Below are positions 55,635 through 64,000 of a DNA stretch of 64,000 bases, piece after piece. The position numbers were made by a program, and so were the translations under genes. Numbering within the stretch: the stretch's first letter is position 1; each line of letters opens with the position of its first letter. The notes beneath the pieces were generated by a model, which worked only from the letters and a program-made list of their open reading frames with translations, was not told the origin of the DNA and did not search any database. The stretch is from Thermoplasmata archaeon (GTDB taxonomy: Archaea > Thermoplasmatota > Thermoplasmata > Lutacidiplasmatales > UBA184), in contig JAKASQ010000001.1 in NCBI GenBank assembly GCA_021828195.1, positions 532,335 to 596,334 on the forward strand, written 5' to 3'.

Positions 55635-55636
55635 AC

Positions 55637-56101
55637 ATGGCGTGGATGATCATCCGCGTCCGTGGCACGATCCACGCGCGGCACGATATCGTCGAGACGC
55701 TCAAGTTCCTGCATCTCAACCGGCCGCAGCACGTGACCGTGGTGCCCGAAAAGCCCGAGTTCCGCGGAATGCTCACGAAGATCCAAGGGTACGTCACCTG
55801 GGGCGAGGCCGAGCCGGAGACCGTGGGTCTGCTCCTCAAGTCCCGCGGAGAGACGGCCGGGGGAGAACGTCTGACGGACGCGAACGTCGCCGAATCGACC
55901 CGCACGAAGGACCTCGCCGAGCTCACGCAGCGCGTGGTCGTCGATGGATTGCCGAGCGTCCCGGGGGTCCGCCCGCTCTTCCGACTCGGAGCTCCGAGCG
56001 GAGGGTGGAAGTCCACGAAGAAGCCCTACGCGCTCGGAGGCGCGCTCGGCTACCGGGGCCGCGCGATCAACGAGCTCGCCCGCCGCATGATCCGGGAGTG
56101 A
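55637..56101 (+). CDS. rpl30: 50S ribosomal protein uL30
   Basis: IRVRG, TL..L.L, GYVTWGE, FRL..PSGG, GGALGYRG..INEL..RMI. Confidence 0.96.
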   Translation: MAWMIIRVRGTIHARHDIVETLKFLHLNRPQHVTVVPEKPEFRGMLTKIQGYVTWGEAEPETVGLLLKSRGETAGGERLTDANVAESTRTKDLAELTQRVVVDGLPSVPGVRPLFRLGAPSGGWKSTKKPYALGGALGYRGRAINELARRMIRE

Positions 56102-56106
56102 ATCAG

Positions 56107-56532
56107 ATGCCGAGTCGAACGAAGAAGTTCCGAGGATCGCGCACCCACGGTCGAGGGATCAAGGCCGGCCGCGGGGCCGGCAAGCAGGGCGGACGCGGCA
56201 ACGCGGGACTCCACAAGTACAAGTTCAAGTCGATGCTCATCTACGCCCCGGACCACTTCGGACGGCACGGCTTCAAGCGGCCCGCGCAGATCGTCGCGCA
56301 GCCGACCTCGATCAACGTGGGAGAGCTGGAGGGCTTCGTGCCCTTGCTCCGGATCGCGCAGGCGTTCCGCCAGGATGGAGAGACGTGCATCGCCGATCTA
56401 TCGAAGGCCGGGATCGACCGCCTGCTTGGCGGTGGCCGCACGGCCCGGACCTGGAAGGTCTACGTCGAACATGCGACGAAGCACGCCCAGGAGAAGGTCA
56501 CGCTCCTGAAAGAACCCCCTCAAGGAGCTTAG
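56107..56532 (+). CDS. rpl15: 50S ribosomal protein uL15
   Basis: KKFRGSRTHGRG, RGAG..GGRGNAG, FGRHGFKRP, INVGEL, LLGGG. Confidence 0.95.
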   Translation: MPSRTKKFRGSRTHGRGIKAGRGAGKQGGRGNAGLHKYKFKSMLIYAPDHFGRHGFKRPAQIVAQPTSINVGELEGFVPLLRIAQAFRQDGETCIADLSKAGIDRLLGGGRTARTWKVYVEHATKHAQEKVTLLKEPPQGA

Positions 56533-56583
56533 GATTGCGCCCCCTAGATTATATAGCGAGAACACCCGCTCTGAGCGTTTCGA

Positions 56584-58350
56584 ATGGCCGATGAGGAGAT
56601 CCCGCGCGACCCGCGCTGGGCCCTCCCCCTCGCGGCAATCGGCGTCGCCGTCGTAGCGATCTTTTGGTACTGGGATTCCCCGACGCTCCTCGCGGTCGGC
56701 ATGCTCTCGGCGGGCATGTTCGGAATCTTCGGGCTGATGTACCTCGGCCTCTCCTACACGGGACCGAAGTCGCGCCTCTACGGCCTCAAGCCGCTCACGA
56801 CCCGGCTCCCGGCGATCTCCCAGCCGAAAGGCCACGTCCACTTCCGAACGAAGATGTTCTGGACGATCGTCATCGTCCTGCTCTACTTCCTGATGACGAA
56901 CATCTACCTCTTTGGGGTAGATCAGGCGACCGTCATCGATCTGTTCGCGAGCTACCGCGCGATCCTCGCCGGGGCCCAGGGGACCCTGATGCACCTCGGC
57001 ATCGGGCCCATCGTCACCGCGTCGATCATCATGCAGTTGTTCGTCGGGGCGAAGATCATCAACCTCGACCTCACGGACGACGAGGACAAGGGGACCTACC
57101 AGGGCTCTCAAAAGGTGCTGGTCCTGGTCATGATCTTCGTCGAAGCGATCCCCCAGGTCTTCGGGTACCTGACCCCGTCCGCCTCGCTCGTCACCAGTCT
57201 CGGTCAATTCTCTCCCGGCAACGGCATGCTGCTTGCCGACACGATCATCGTGGCCCAGCTCGTCTTCGGCTGCTACCTCGTGTTCCTGATGGACGAGGTC
57301 GTCTCGAAGTGGGGGATCGGGAGTGGGATCTCCCTGTTCATCGCGGCCGGCGTGAGCCAGCAGATCGTCCAGGGAACCCTGAACTGGTTACCGTCGGCCG
57401 CGGGGCCGATCAGCGCCGGGAACCCCCCCAGCGGAACGATCCCGAAGACGATCTGGTTCCTGACGAACCTCAACGCCTCCCAGATGGCCTCGGGGGGTTG
57501 GGAGCAAGTGCTCCTACACGCGCCGAATCCCGTCATCGCGCTGGTCGGCACGGCCGTCATCTTCTTCATCGTGGCCTGGACCGAGTCGACCCGCATCGAA
57601 CTGCCGCTCTCCCACGCGGAGGCGCGAGGGGCGCGGGGTCGCTACCCGCTCCGCCTGATCTACGCATCGAACATCCCGGTGATCCTGATGTCGGCGCTGC
57701 TCGCCAACATCTCGGTCGTCACGATCCTGTTATGGACGAATCCCACGCTCGCGCACTTTCCGCTGATCGGACATCAGTGGTGGATCGGATCGTATCCCGC
57801 GAGCGCGGCCGCCGCGCAACTGTTAGGAGTGGGCGCTACGACCCCCTTAACGGGAGGCGCGTGGTACCTCTCCACGCCGAACGGGCTCGAGTCCTGGTTC
57901 CTGCCGCTGCTCAACTCGCAAACGTATGGGGCATTCCTCCTGGGTCATGCGTGGTGGCAATCGCTCGTCCACGTCGGGCTGTACTTCGGGGTCCTGGTCG
58001 GAGGCTCGATCCTGTTCGCGAAGTTCTGGATCCAGACGACGAACATGGGCCCCGAGGCCGTCGCGCGACAGATCGAAGCGTCCGGCATGCAGATCCCCGG
58101 ATTCCGTCGAGAGCCGCGAGTCCTGCGCCGCGTGCTGGAACGCTACATCCCCGTCATCACCGTCATCAGCGGCGCCACGGTCGGGGCCCTGGCCGCCGGA
58201 GCGGACCTCATCGGTACCGTCGGGAACGCGAGCGGTACGGGCGTGCTGCTGATGGTGGGCATCATCATTAACCTGTACGAGGCCATGGGCCGCGAACAGC
58301 TCATGGAGATGAACCCGCTGCTGCGCCGGTTCATCGCGGGAGAGGAGTGA
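56584..58350 (+). CDS. secY: Preprotein translocase subunit SecY
   Basis: GTLMHLGIGPIVTASII.QL, DEVVSKWGIGSGISLFIA, YPLRLIYASNIP, SGMQIPGFRR, GTGVLL; own TATA TTATATAG at about 56549. Confidence 0.96.
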   Translation: MADEEIPRDPRWALPLAAIGVAVVAIFWYWDSPTLLAVGMLSAGMFGIFGLMYLGLSYTGPKSRLYGLKPLTTRLPAISQPKGHVHFRTKMFWTIVIVLLYFLMTNIYLFGVDQATVIDLFASYRAILAGAQGTLMHLGIGPIVTASIIMQLFVGAKIINLDLTDDEDKGTYQGSQKVLVLVMIFVEAIPQVFGYLTPSASLVTSLGQFSPGNGMLLADTIIVAQLVFGCYLVFLMDEVVSKWGIGSGISLFIAAGVSQQIVQGTLNWLPSAAGPISAGNPPSGTIPKTIWFLTNLNASQMASGGWEQVLLHAPNPVIALVGTAVIFFIVAWTESTRIELPLSHAEARGARGRYPLRLIYASNIPVILMSALLANISVVTILLWTNPTLAHFPLIGHQWWIGSYPASAAAAQLLGVGATTPLTGGAWYLSTPNGLESWFLPLLNSQTYGAFLLGHAWWQSLVHVGLYFGVLVGGSILFAKFWIQTTNMGPEAVARQIEASGMQIPGFRREPRVLRRVLERYIPVITVISGATVGALAAGADLIGTVGNASGTGVLLMVGIIINLYEAMGREQLMEMNPLLRRFIAGEE

Positions 58351-59138
58351 TGACCGCAGGGTCCGACGCCCCCCTCGCGAGCAGCACGGCGATTGATTCC
58401 GCCCCGGCGCCGCCCGCGACCTCACCGGCCAAGGCCTCGCCTCCTCCGCGGCGGGGCGGTGGGTTCCGGCTCTCGACGTTTATCCTCGTCTTCCTCGGCC
58501 TTCTCGGTCTGTGGATGGTCATCGACACCACCTTCCGCAACTCGCTCGCGGGTGCCTTGGGGACCGGGCCGGGCAATCCGGGATTCCTCTACACCGCCAT
58601 CGGGTTCAACAGCCAGTACCTCCTCCTCACGATGGCCATCGCCGGCGCGCTCGAGATGGCGATCACGGCGATCGCCTACAACTTCGTCACCGACTGGATC
58701 AAGGCCGCCAAGGTCCAGAAGTGGTCGAGCGCCTTCCGCAAGGTCCAGATGGCGGCGATGCGCTCGGGCAAGAAGGACCGGATCGACTCGCTCAAGCCGT
58801 ACCAGCAGAAGCTCACGCGCCTGTCCTCCGAGGTCTCGATCGCGCAGCTGAAGGGAATGGCGGTCACTTGGTTCCTCCTGATCCTCATCTACACGTGGGT
58901 CGGGCTCGTCATCCAGACCGCGTACAACGCGAACCCCCTCAATGCGAACGTGAACCTGGGCGGATCGGTGGTCGGACTGCTCAACCCGGTGGTCGGGCCG
59001 ATCCCGTACTGGTTCCTCATTTTCAGCCTGTACACCGTTCCGCTGTCGTTCATCTTCCGGCGGCTGCTCAAGGACGTCTGGCTCGCCCGCTACGAGCGGA
59101 ACCACAATGTCCCCCCTCTCCCGACCCCGACGAGCTAG
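58347..59138 (+). CDS. DUF106 / EMC3-TMCO1 (Oxa1 superfamily) membrane insertase
   Basis: TM, coiled coil (DW.KAAKVQKW...FRK), two TMs with YWFLIFS; conserved position after secY. Confidence 0.82.
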   Translation: MMTAGSDAPLASSTAIDSAPAPPATSPAKASPPPRRGGGFRLSTFILVFLGLLGLWMVIDTTFRNSLAGALGTGPGNPGFLYTAIGFNSQYLLLTMAIAGALEMAITAIAYNFVTDWIKAAKVQKWSSAFRKVQMAAMRSGKKDRIDSLKPYQQKLTRLSSEVSIAQLKGMAVTWFLLILIYTWVGLVIQTAYNANPLNANVNLGGSVVGLLNPVVGPIPYWFLIFSLYTVPLSFIFRRLLKDVWLARYERNHNVPPLPTPTS

Positions 59139-59154
59139 GCCCGGGGATCGGGCC

Positions 59155-59697
59155 GTGATCGACGTCGTGGTCTGCATCGGCGGTCCGCCCGGGAGCGGCA
59201 AATCCACGGCCGGTCGCAAGGTCGCGGAGCGGCTCGGCCTTGAGTACCGATCCGCCGGCGAGATCTTCCGGGCCGAGGCGTCCCAGCACGGGCTCGATCT
59301 GGAAGCGTTCGGGAGATACGCGGAGACCCACCCCGAGGTCGATCGGGCTCTCGACCGCGCGATGCAGGCGCTCGCGAGACCGGGTCGGGTGCTGGACGGA
59401 CGGATCCAGGGCCCGCTCTGCCGCCGCCACGGGATCGCCGCTGTCTCGATCGTGATCACCGCCCGCCCCGAGGTGCGCGCAGGGCGCGTCGCCGGACGCG
59501 ACGCCGCATCGCTTGACCGTGCGACCCGGGAGATCGCGGAACGCGAGGCGAGCGAGCACCGCCGCTACCGCACGCTCTACGAGATCGATCTCGATACGGA
59601 GCCCGTCGACTTCACGATCGACTCCTCCGAGCGGTCCCCGAGCGAGGTGGTGGAGGAGATCGTGCGGTTCCTCGAGCGGAAGGGGCAGGACCCGTGA
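59155..59697 (+). CDS. cmk: Cytidylate kinase (archaeal)
   Basis: IGGPPGSGKST, SAGEIFR, DGRI, RE.SE..RY..LY.ID. Confidence 0.93.
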   Translation: MIDVVVCIGGPPGSGKSTAGRKVAERLGLEYRSAGEIFRAEASQHGLDLEAFGRYAETHPEVDRALDRAMQALARPGRVLDGRIQGPLCRRHGIAAVSIVITARPEVRAGRVAGRDAASLDRATREIAEREASEHRRYRTLYEIDLDTEPVDFTIDSSERSPSEVVEEIVRFLERKGQDP

Positions 59698-60671
59698 TCG
59701 GGGCCCCCGTGCCCTCGGCGCTCTCCCCCCGCCTCGCCCCGGGCGCCTTCCTGCTCGTGGACAAGCCCCGCGGCCCGTCCTCGCACCAGGTCACCGCGTG
59801 GGTCCGGGACCTCCTTGGCATCGAGCGGGCGGGCCACGCCGGCACCCTCGATCCCAACGTCTCGGGCCTTCTATGGATCGGCGTGGGCCCGGCCCTCAAG
59901 CTCATCCCGCTCGTCCTCGAGTTCCCGAAGCGGTACGTCGGGGCCATGGTCCTTCACGGTGCTCCACCTCCGAAGGAGCTCGCTCGAGTGCTCGCGGAGT
60001 TCGAGGGCCCGATCTACCAGACCCCCCCGGTCCGATCCGCCGTGAAGAGGGAGCGCCGCGTCCGGACGATCCATCACCTTCGACTGCTCGAAACCGATGG
60101 ACCTCGTCTGCTCCTGGATGTGACCGCGGACTCGGGCACGTACATCCGCTCGCTCGCGGTCGACATCGGGGAGGCCCTCGGTATCGGGGGCAACCTGGTG
60201 GAGCTTCGACGCATCGGCACGGGCCCGTTCGACGAGCGCCGTTCGATCACGCTCACCGCGCTCGCGGACGCCGTTCAGGCGGCGCGCGCCGGCGCTCCAG
60301 GGACCCTGGAAGCCGCCCTCCACCCGATGGAGGAGGTCTGGGAGGAGTTCCCGCGCCTCGTGCTGAAGGACAGCGCGGCGAGCGCGGTCGCGCACGGCTC
60401 CAATCTCGCGGCCGGAGGGATCCTCGGAGCGCCATCCCGCGCCTTTTCCAAGGACGCCCGGGTGGTGCTCGTCGCTCGTTCCGGAGAGCTTGTCGCGACG
60501 GGAACGGCCCTGTTCGACTCGCGGGAGTTCACGACCGTGCGCCACGGCTGGGTCGTCGACTCCGATCGCGTCTTCGCGGATGCCGCGAAGTTCCCCGTAC
60601 TCTGGCGGACTCCCCGCTCCCGTCCAAGACCCGCCGATGCGCGCGGCCCCGGCGGCGCTGACGTTATCTGA
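59694..60671 (+). CDS. truB: H/ACA pseudouridine synthase Cbf5
   Basis: DKPRGPSSHQV, GHAGTLDP, IYQ.PPVRSAVKR, SGTYIR, PUA domain. Confidence 0.95.
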   Translation: MIGAPVPSALSPRLAPGAFLLVDKPRGPSSHQVTAWVRDLLGIERAGHAGTLDPNVSGLLWIGVGPALKLIPLVLEFPKRYVGAMVLHGAPPPKELARVLAEFEGPIYQTPPVRSAVKRERRVRTIHHLRLLETDGPRLLLDVTADSGTYIRSLAVDIGEALGIGGNLVELRRIGTGPFDERRSITLTALADAVQAARAGAPGTLEAALHPMEEVWEEFPRLVLKDSAASAVAHGSNLAAGGILGAPSRAFSKDARVVLVARSGELVATGTALFDSREFTTVRHGWVVDSDRVFADAAKFPVLWRTPRSRPRPADARGPGGADVI

Positions 60672-60692
60672 CGCGCCCGCTCGAACCGACCC

Positions 60693-63600
60693 GTGGCGGA
60701 CCCGACGCTCCAGGGACGGGGGCCGAGGATCTTCGCGGCCCTCGGCCGCTGGGTCGTCCGTCATCCGTGGTACCCGATCGCCTTCTGGATCGTGCTGTTG
60801 ATCGTGGCCGTGCCGTTCCTCCCCCTCCTCGGATCGGTCACCACGAACTCGACCACCTCGCTGCCCTCGAGCGCCCCGAGCTCGATGGCCAACCAGGAGC
60901 TCGCCGAGCTCTTCCCGAACCAATCCGCCGGCGCCTCCACGTACCTCCTGTTCACCGCCGGGAACATGACCGATCCCAGCGCCCAGACCTCGATCCTCGC
61001 CGTGAGCGCATCGCTCCGAGCGGACTCGAAGTTGACGTACGTTTCCGAGATCTCTAACGTTTACAGCACGTACGCGACCTACCTCGGCGGACAGGCCCAG
61101 ATCGCGAGCCGGGCGGTCCAGAGCTCGATCCCGACGCTGCTGCCCGCTATCAACCTCTCCTCCGCGCTCCTGTGGGGCCCGCCCGCACTCTTTCTCGGGA
61201 CATGGGAGGGGCTGGTCGCGAACGGCACCCCGCCCGCATCGGCCAACCCGATCGCCTACCGCGAGACGAGCGCCGCGCTCGTGAACCAGACCGCCGCTCT
61301 CGAGGTTCTCCGCGCGTTCTACGACGGGTACGGAGGTTCCGGTGCGGGATTCAACGGAACCGCGAACTGCGCCCGGGATCCTTCGACGGTCGAAGCCTGC
61401 ACCGACCGGACCGTTCGTTCGAACGTCGCTCCGCTCATCGTTCCGCTCTTCCCCGGTAATCCCGCGGCCCAGAATGTGGCGAACGTCACGCTCGGATCGC
61501 TTGGCGTGGAGAACTACACCGCCTACGCGAGCGTGCGAACGATCGCCACGATCGTCCTCAGCCCCTCGCTCGGACTGCCCCCGAAGTGGGTCGTCACCGT
61601 CTGGACCGAGTTCCCGCGGGGGATCTCCTCGCCGACGGTCGCGACGGCGTGGGCGAACGCGACGGTCGCGAACTCCTCGTACTACGCGGAGCCGCTCCCG
61701 ATCCCCCATTCGATATCGGCCGAGTTCGTCGACCCGGCGGGGACCGCGAGCCTGATCGGGGTCTCCTTCTCTGTCGGCGACGGCTTCACGGTCGACGGGG
61801 CGAAGCCCGTCTACGACGATATCAACGAGATCAACCGGATCGTGCCCGGGGCCCTCGCCGCCGCCGATCCCTCCCGCGCGATCTCCTTCGAGCAGACGGG
61901 CACCTCCGCCCTCGATCTCGCCCAGCAGACCATCCTGAACGACTCGCTCGGCCTCGTGCTCCCGATCACCGTGATCCTGTTGATGGGGATCACGGCGCTG
62001 TACTTCCGCGCCCCGATCACGCCCCTCACGGCGTTCGTAGGGCTCGCGATCGCGCTCGTGCTCAGTCTCGGCAGCACGGTGCTGATCGGCACGTTCATCA
62101 CGCACGTCGATACCTCGGCCCTGACGCTCGAGGAGGTGTTCGTCCTCGGGGTCGGGACCGATTACTCGATCTTCCTTATCGCCCGGTACCGAGAGGAGCT
62201 CGTCGCGGGCCGCGCGTCCCGGGACGCGGTGGTCACGGCGCTGACGTGGGCGGGCCAGAGCGTGGCCACCAGCGGCTCGACCGCGATCATCGCCACGCTC
62301 GCGCTCGCCTTCAGCGGGGTCGCCCTCCTGAGCCAGTGGGGTTCCGTGCTCTCGGTCGCGATCCTGATCACGATGATGGCGTCGCTCACGCTGACGCCCG
62401 CGCTGCTCGTGCTGATCGGACCGAGGGTCTTCTGGCCGGCGACGGGAAGCCGCTTCCGCACGCAGGCGGCCACGCAGAACGCCCGCATCGCCGGGGAGCG
62501 GACGTACTTCTATCGCGCCGGTCGGCTCACCCAACGCCGGCCGTGGACGATCGTGGGGATCATCCTGCTGCTGTCGATCCCCCTCGTCCTGATCGCGCTG
62601 TCCGTGCCGTTGTCGTACGATTACTACGACCAGCTTCCGTCGAGCCAACCGGCCGTCCAGGGGCTCCAAACACTGGGCGCCCACTACGGACCCGGGTTTG
62701 CGTTCCCGTCGTACACCCTCGTGACGTTCTCCGCTCCGCTGATCGTGGGGAACCACACGAACGCCCGCGAATTCTCCGAGATCGCTTCGTTAACGACCCT
62801 GGCGCAGTCGACCGGCGGGATCGCTCAGGTGCAGTCCCCGGTGGGTCCCTGGGGAGCTCCTCTATCCATGTGGGACAACTACTCGACCGCTCCGATCGCG
62901 ACGCAGCAGAACCTGCACGCCCTGCTCGGTGCGTACGTGGGCGCCGACGGACGGACCGTGCTGCTCACGCTTCAGACCGGCGTGAGCGGTTTGTCGGCGA
63001 ACGCGATCTCGGCGATCCAGTCGGTCGAGTCGTCATTCTCGACGTACCAGAGCGCCCACCCCGATGTTACGAAGGTCGCCTTTGGCGGAGCGGCTCCCAC
63101 GACGAGCGATCTCGCCGCCCAGACGGCGCTCGCGACCGAGCGCATGGTCATCGCGGTGGCGATCGGGCTGATCGTGGTGCTGTTCGTCGTGCTGAGGTCC
63201 TGGATCATTCCGATCATGGCGGTCGCGACCATCGGTCTGTCGATCATCTGGGCGTGGGCGATCACCTACCTCGTGCTGGGGAGGATCTTCGGTATCGCAT
63301 TGTTCTTCTTCGTGCCCACGGTCCTGTTCATCCTGATCCTGGGCCTCGGGATCGACTACAACATCTTCCTGTTGACGCGCGTGCGCGAGGAGCGCTTGCG
63401 GGGGCGTTCTTCGACCGACGCGGCGGTGGAGGGCGTGGCGCGCACGGGAGGGATCATCACGGCCGCCGCCATCATCCTCGCGAGTGCGTTCGCGACCCTG
63501 ATGTTCGGGAGCTTCGCGCTGCTCGTGGCCATCGGGTTCTCGGTCGCGGTCGCCGTCGTGCTCGACGCGATGGTGATCCGGACCTACCTCGTCCCGGCGG

Positions 63601-63713
63601 CGCTCCATCTCCTCGGGGATCGCGTTTGGGAGATCCGCCGCCGCGGGCCCGAGCCGGTGGCCGCGTCGAGGACTTCGGACGTCGGTCGGACGGCCGGGCC
63701 TCCGACGAACTAG
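60693..63713 (+). CDS. MMPL/RND family transporter (second paralog)
   Basis: GVGTDYSIFLIARYREE and GLGIDYNIFLLTRVREE; large extracytoplasmic domains. Confidence 0.93.
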   Translation: MADPTLQGRGPRIFAALGRWVVRHPWYPIAFWIVLLIVAVPFLPLLGSVTTNSTTSLPSSAPSSMANQELAELFPNQSAGASTYLLFTAGNMTDPSAQTSILAVSASLRADSKLTYVSEISNVYSTYATYLGGQAQIASRAVQSSIPTLLPAINLSSALLWGPPALFLGTWEGLVANGTPPASANPIAYRETSAALVNQTAALEVLRAFYDGYGGSGAGFNGTANCARDPSTVEACTDRTVRSNVAPLIVPLFPGNPAAQNVANVTLGSLGVENYTAYASVRTIATIVLSPSLGLPPKWVVTVWTEFPRGISSPTVATAWANATVANSSYYAEPLPIPHSISAEFVDPAGTASLIGVSFSVGDGFTVDGAKPVYDDINEINRIVPGALAAADPSRAISFEQTGTSALDLAQQTILNDSLGLVLPITVILLMGITALYFRAPITPLTAFVGLAIALVLSLGSTVLIGTFITHVDTSALTLEEVFVLGVGTDYSIFLIARYREELVAGRASRDAVVTALTWAGQSVATSGSTAIIATLALAFSGVALLSQWGSVLSVAILITMMASLTLTPALLVLIGPRVFWPATGSRFRTQAATQNARIAGERTYFYRAGRLTQRRPWTIVGIILLLSIPLVLIALSVPLSYDYYDQLPSSQPAVQGLQTLGAHYGPGFAFPSYTLVTFSAPLIVGNHTNAREFSEIASLTTLAQSTGGIAQVQSPVGPWGAPLSMWDNYSTAPIATQQNLHALLGAYVGADGRTVLLTLQTGVSGLSANAISAIQSVESSFSTYQSAHPDVTKVAFGGAAPTTSDLAAQTALATERMVIAVAIGLIVVLFVVLRSWIIPIMAVATIGLSIIWAWAITYLVLGRIFGIALFFFVPTVLFILILGLGIDYNIFLLTRVREERLRGRSSTDAAVEGVARTGGIITAAAIILASAFATLMFGSFALLVAIGFSVAVAVVLDAMVIRTYLVPAALHLLGDRVWEIRRRGPEPVAASRTSDVGRTAGPPTN

Positions 63714-64000
63714 AGGTAGCGGGCGCGCGCGCGCTCGACGTGCTGCTCGGCGCCCGAGCCGTCCACGACCTCCGCGATCGCGCCGTCCGGGGTGATGAAG
63801 AACGTCACGCGCTTTGCGGTCCCGGTGGGCCGGAGCACCCCGTAGGCCCTCGCGACCCTCTTCTCGTGGTCGGCGACCAGCGGGAACGGCAGGCCGTACT
63901 TCGTCGCGAACGCCTGCTGGTCCGGGCAGTCATCGGTGCTGACGCCGACGATCTGGACCCCCGCCTTCTGGAACTCGGAGTAGTGGTCGCGGAACCCCTT
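63710..64000 (-). CDS. Peroxiredoxin (Bcp/PrxQ-like), C-terminal part (5' truncated by window)
   Basis: Manual translation: KGFRDHYSEFQKAGVQIVGVSTD...FATKYGLPFPLVAD...AYGV...AKRVTFFITPDG. Confidence 0.88.
   Translation of the reverse strand, partial: KGFRDHYSEFQKAGVQIVGVSTDDCPDQQAFATKYGLPFPLVADHEKRVARAYGVLRPTGTAKRVTFFITPDGAIAEVVDGSGAEQHVERARARYL

Noticed and set aside
59871-62756. 961-aa antisense ORF and the many other long Arg/Pro/Gly-rich shadow ORFs
   Set aside because: They are antisense or off-frame to well-supported genes, have no motifs, and are expected at this GC content.
1-64000. CRISPR arrays, cas genes, rRNA genes, prophage or defence islands
   Set aside because: No regularly spaced repeats, rRNA-like sequence or such genes were seen; nearly all sequence is accounted for by housekeeping genes.

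Overview
Very GC-rich archaeal chromosome segment. Gene content and order point to class Thermoplasmata (inference): TiaS, RaSEA, CTP-dependent RibK, AroA'/AroB', an HMG-CoA synthase-thiolase-DUF35 cluster, an archaeal S10-spc ribosomal operon with long SecY, DUF106 and Cbf5, and dnaK. Most of the window is housekeeping: tRNA-related genes, a 15-gene aspartate-to-chorismate-to-tryptophan super-operon (10365-25537), two MMPL transporters, a mevalonate-entry cluster, one tnpB-only IS200/IS605 element with definable ends, and the ribosomal operon. The main signals not captured by the ORF track are: (1) a 23-codon uORF ending Trp-Leu-Trp, followed by alternative hairpins and a hairpin plus U-tract, directly upstream of the aro-trp operon, i.e. 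a candidate bacterial-style leader-peptide attenuator in an archaeon, alongside a TrpE that lacks its Trp-feedback motifs; (2) both tRNA genes (Ala-GGC, Arg-TCT) carry an intron at the same non-canonical T-loop position 59/60 with near-identical relaxed BHB junctions; (3) the thiolase in the HMGCS-thiolase-DUF35 cluster is full length but has all catalytic motifs replaced. Everything is read by eye; no database searches or folding programs were run.
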